Source: Nitrosopumilus sp. (GTDB lineage: Archaea > Thermoproteota > Nitrososphaeria > Nitrososphaerales > Nitrosopumilaceae). Taken from it: a stretch of DNA of 64,000 nt. Below are positions 63,301 to 64,000 of the stretch, in pieces; within the stretch, counting starts at the first letter, position 1; every line of letters starts with the position of its first letter. The notes beneath the pieces were generated by a model. That model saw only the letters and a list, made by a program, of their open reading frames with translations, ran no database searches and was not told the DNA's origin. The stretch lies in contig OZ242041.1 in the NCBI GenBank assembly GCA_965205215.1, forward strand, positions 928,001 to 992,000. The letters are read 5' to 3'. Made by a program: the position numbers and the translations under genes.

Positions 63301-64000
63301 CGGATCCCTGTCCGATACGGACACCGTAAGCATAACCGTCGGCAACGTCAACCGCGCGCCCACCGCGGACGCCGGGGACGCCCAGACGGTCACGCAGGGC
63401 GCCGCCGTGACCCTTGACGGCTCCGGCTCGTCTGACCCGGACGCGGGCGACACCGTCACGTACTCGTGGAGCCAGACGGCCGGAACGACGGTCACGCTCA
63501 CGGGCGCGGACACCGCCGCACCGTCGTTCACCGCCCCCGCGGGCCCCGCCGCCCTCGTGTTCAACCTTACGGTAACCGACTCGGCATCCCTGGCCGCCCA
63601 CGACTCCGTTACGGTCACCGTACCGGAGATGACAGTCGACGCCGGGTCCAACCGGACCGTAAGCGAGGACTCCTCTGTGACACTGACGGGCGCGGTGCAG
63701 AACGCGGGCGGCTCCCCCGCGTACCGGTGGACACAGGCCTCCCCCTCTACCCCGGCCATACCCATAGCCAACAACGACACGCGCGCTGCCACGTTCACGG
63801 CCCCTCAGGTCACGTCGGACACCCCGTTCACGTTCACGCTCACCGTAACGGACGGCTCCGTCACCAAGAGCGACACCGTTGTAATCACCGTCCGGGACTC
63901 GACGCCCGCAAACAGCGCGCCCATCGCCAACGCGGGGCCCGACCAGACGGTAGACGAGAGGGGGGCCGTGGAACTCGACGGCTCGCGCTCGTCGGACCCC
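54320..64000 (+). CDS. giant surface protein with BspA/DUF285 (PARCEL-type) repeats and PKD/Ig-like domains; runs off window end
   Basis: ATG 54320 plus signal peptide; repeats F.GA.SF.Q.L..WDVS.VT.M; PKD W GDG..HTY; start and window end are in the same frame (3227 codons); absent from ORF track because it has no stop. Confidence 0.9.
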   Translation, partial: MRRRPARALCLAVAVVAAAAAVALVPEVLAEPALAQTDLTLTPAGNIQDAGDLLLDSPHHVKTLVASGNTYAAVAAQGDKGAQIIRITTAGTSANIPPTVDAGNAQTADGGDTVTLAGTVTDPDTGDSHTYAWSVSPATPAITMTNHTSLTTTFTAPEVSSGTEFIFVLTVNDGTVNATDTVTVTVRGSAADTIPGHAFVTTWTTTAANQQITLPVSGSGIIIDWGDGTPDDTGVNGAIAHTYEDAGTYTVSVTGGLERFNLNNGASRTSLASIEQWGNSSWTDMNGAFYGASNMAYNAADSPDLSRVTGMFNMFRGAAAFDGDISGWEVSSVTDMSHMFRGAAAFDGDISGWDVSAVTSLNSMFRGAAAFDGDISGWDVSSVLRMNKVFSGAASFDQPLNGWDVSRVTDMSSMFSGAASFDQPLDRWDVSSVTRMSSMFSGAASFDQNLGKWYVTPGTADFDASGSSLNVTIITAQNRPLRDHSPAYAIGTGGDSGLFEIVRGSDTLAFKSAPTANRDYAVNVTATGSTVFEGGNNHMTVTVTVSGASAGMAVDAGDAQAADEGDTVTLTGTVQNAGGSATYAWTVSPATPAIAINNADALSATFAAPEVTTDTEFVFALTVTDGTDTATDTVTVTVSHVNKAPTAYAGHDQTVAQGATVQLDGSGSSDPDGDDLDYRWSSVGNVVTLTDRTTATPTFTAPSSASTFVISLTVVDDGNLFDMDNITITVPALPVAKDLVTATVRGSAASTIPGHAFATTWTTTAANQQITLPVSGTGITINWGDGTADSTGVSGPTDHTYKVAGTYTVSVTGGLERFNLDNGANRTSLASIEQWGNSSWTTMNGAFHGASNMAYNAADSPDLSRVTDMTDMFRGATSFNGDISGWATSRVTDMTGMFYGATSFDQPLDSWDVSRVTSMSNMFRGASSFDQPLDSWDTSRVTAMINMFRGASSFDQPLDSWDVSRVTNTHAMFRDATSFNQDISGWDVSRVTAMSDMFRGAAAFDQNLGPWYVTPGTAAFDASGSSLNVTIITAQNRPLRDHSPAYAIGTGGDSHLFQIIQGSDTLAFKGTPARNGDYRVNITATGTNVFEDGNNHRTVTVASFLPSHAFVTTWTTTSAGQQITLPVSGTGITINWGDGTAVTGATSHTYAAAGTYTVSVTGGLERFNLDNGANRTSLASIEQWGNSSWTDMNGAFYGASNMVYNATDSPDLSRVTDMTDMFRGATSFNGDISGWATSRVTDMTGMFYGASSFDQPLDSWDVSRVTSMSSMFRGASSFNQPLDSWDVLSVTTMDSMFSGASSFNQPLNGWNVAAVTRMAGMFNTATSFNQPLDSWDVSSVTTMTGMFNTATSFNQPLNDWDVSSVTDMSTTFDTATSFDQPLDSWDVSRVTNMRTMFYGASSFDQDISGWDVSRVTNMDEMFDGAAAFDQNLGPWYVTPGTADFDASGSSFNVTDITAQNRPLRDHSPAYAIGTGGDSHLFQIIQGSDTLAFKGTPAHSGDYRVNITATGTNVFEDGNNHRTVTVASSPPSHAFVTTWTTTSAGQQITLPVSGTGITINWGDGTAVTGATSHTYAAAGTYTVSVTGGLERFNLDNGANRTSLASIEQWGNSSWTDMNGAFYGASNMAYNAADSPDLSRVTDMTDMFRGATSFNGDISGWATSRVTDMTGMFYGATSFDQPLDSWDTSRVTSMSNMFRGASSFDQPLDSWDTSRVTAMINMFRGASSFDQPLDSWDVSRVTNTHAMFRDATSFNQDISGWDVSRVTAMSDMFRGAAAFDQNLGPWYVTPGTAAFDASGSSLNVTIITAQNRPLRDHSPAYAIGTGGDSHLFQIIQGSDTLAFKGTPARNGDYRVNITATGTNVFEDGNNHRTVTVTVTGVAGAPPSHAFVTTWTTTSAGQQITLPVSGTGITINWGDGTAVTGATSHTYAAAGTYTVSVTGGLERFNLDNGANRTSLASIEQWGNSSWTDMNGAFHGASNMAYNATDSPDLSRVTDMTDMFRGATSFNGDISGWATSRVTDMTGMFYGATSFDQPLDSWDVSRVTSMSNMFRGASSFDQPLDSWDTSRVTAMINMFRGASSFDQPLDSWDVSRVTNTHAMFHGAASFNGDISGWDTSRVTGMSAMFRDATSFNQDISGWDVSRVTAMSDMFRGAAAFDQNLGPWYVTPGTADFDASGSSFNVTDITAQNRPLRDHSPAYAIGTGGDSHLFQIIQGSDTLAFKGTPARNGDYRVNITATGTNVFEDGNNHRTVTVTVTGVAGAPPSHAFVTTWTTTSAGQQITLPVSGTGITINWGDGTPASTGVTGATSHTYAAAGTYTVSVTGGLERFNLDNGANRTSLASIEQWGNSSWTDMNGAFYGASNMAYNAADSPDLSRVTDMTDMFRGATSFNGDISGWGVSSVTNMANMFRGAASFNGDISGWDTSRVTGMSAMFNGATSFDQPLNGWDTSRVTGMSFMFSGATSFDQPLNGWDTSRVTGMSAMFNGATSFDQPLNGWDTSRVTNTGAMFRGATSFNGDISGWDVSRVTFMTSMFSGAASFNQPLNGWDVSRVTNMPDMFRGAASFNQPLNDWDVSRVTVMSSMFSGAAAFNGNISGWDVSSVTGTNMNGMFRGAASFNVDISGWDVSRVTGMSSMFSGASSFDQPLNSWNVSSVTDMSSMFSGASSFDQPLNGWDTSRVTRMSSMFNGASSFDQPLDRWDVSSVTRMSSMFNGATSFDQNLGPWYVTPGTADFDASGSSFNVTDITAQNRPLRDHSPAYGIGTGGDSHLFRIIQGSDTLAYRCTPTGDGPHRVNVTATGRNVFEDGNNWRMVNVTFSGASDALAVDAGTARAVDEGASVTLAGMVQNESCFATYKWNQTSPSTPAIPITDSDTLAASFTAPQVTSDTPFTFTLTVTDGSVTKSDTVVITVRDSTPANSAPIANAGPDQTVDERGAVELDGSRSSDPDGDPITYTWTQTAGTPTVSLSNTTAQRPTFTAPEVTSDAVLTFTLAVSDGSLSDTDTVSITVGNVNRAPTADAGDAQTVTQGAAVTLDGSGSSDPDAGDTVTYSWSQTAGTTVTLTGADTAAPSFTAPAGPAALVFNLTVTDSASLAAHDSVTVTVPEMTVDAGSNRTVSEDSSVTLTGAVQNAGGSPAYRWTQASPSTPAIPIANNDTRAATFTAPQVTSDTPFTFTLTVTDGSVTKSDTVVITVRDSTPANSAPIANAGPDQTVDERGAVELDGSRSSDP

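Noticed and set aside
53879-63798. Many minus-strand ORFs over the surface-protein gene
   Set aside because: Antisense shadows of the repetitive + strand ORF.

Overview
High-GC archaeal DNA, most likely from a Nitrosopumilaceae (Thaumarchaeota; Cenarchaeum-like). This is inferred from the nuoD-H-I-J-K-M-L-N gene order, a tRNA-Glu with a T-loop intron and a giant BspA/PKD surface protein. 1-13.5 kb is core genome: complex I genes, polyprenyl synthase, tRNA-Glu, a CADD-like oxidase, a secreted vWA protein and a tRNA(CAT). 13.5-53.6 kb is a ~40 kb island bounded by a ~147 bp imperfect direct repeat that starts in the 3' end of the tRNA(CAT). The island carries two tandem tyrosine recombinases and a mosaic of cargo. 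Many cargo units are separated by about 16 copies of a 22 bp motif (consensus GGTACTGGTGCGAATTCGTGAC) in alternating orientation, which suggests a cassette-shuffling, integron-like system. Cargo includes: an HPD-less J-domain plus an Hsp70-zincin fusion; three 2H-phosphoesterase fusions, one catalytically dead and fused to a tandem AAA+; a HEPN-like RNase; two CAP proteins; a DUF3800-like protein with a convergent small structured RNA; a poly-G-frameshifted type IIG R-M gene; and a coupled GHKL / hypothetical / DUF6339::PP-loop Fe-S / GIY-YIG / DndB-like operon that may be an undescribed DNA-modification defence system. From 54.3 kb to the window end runs a >3200-codon BspA(DUF285)/PKD surface protein. 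All family assignments are by-eye motif recognition; no database searches were run.
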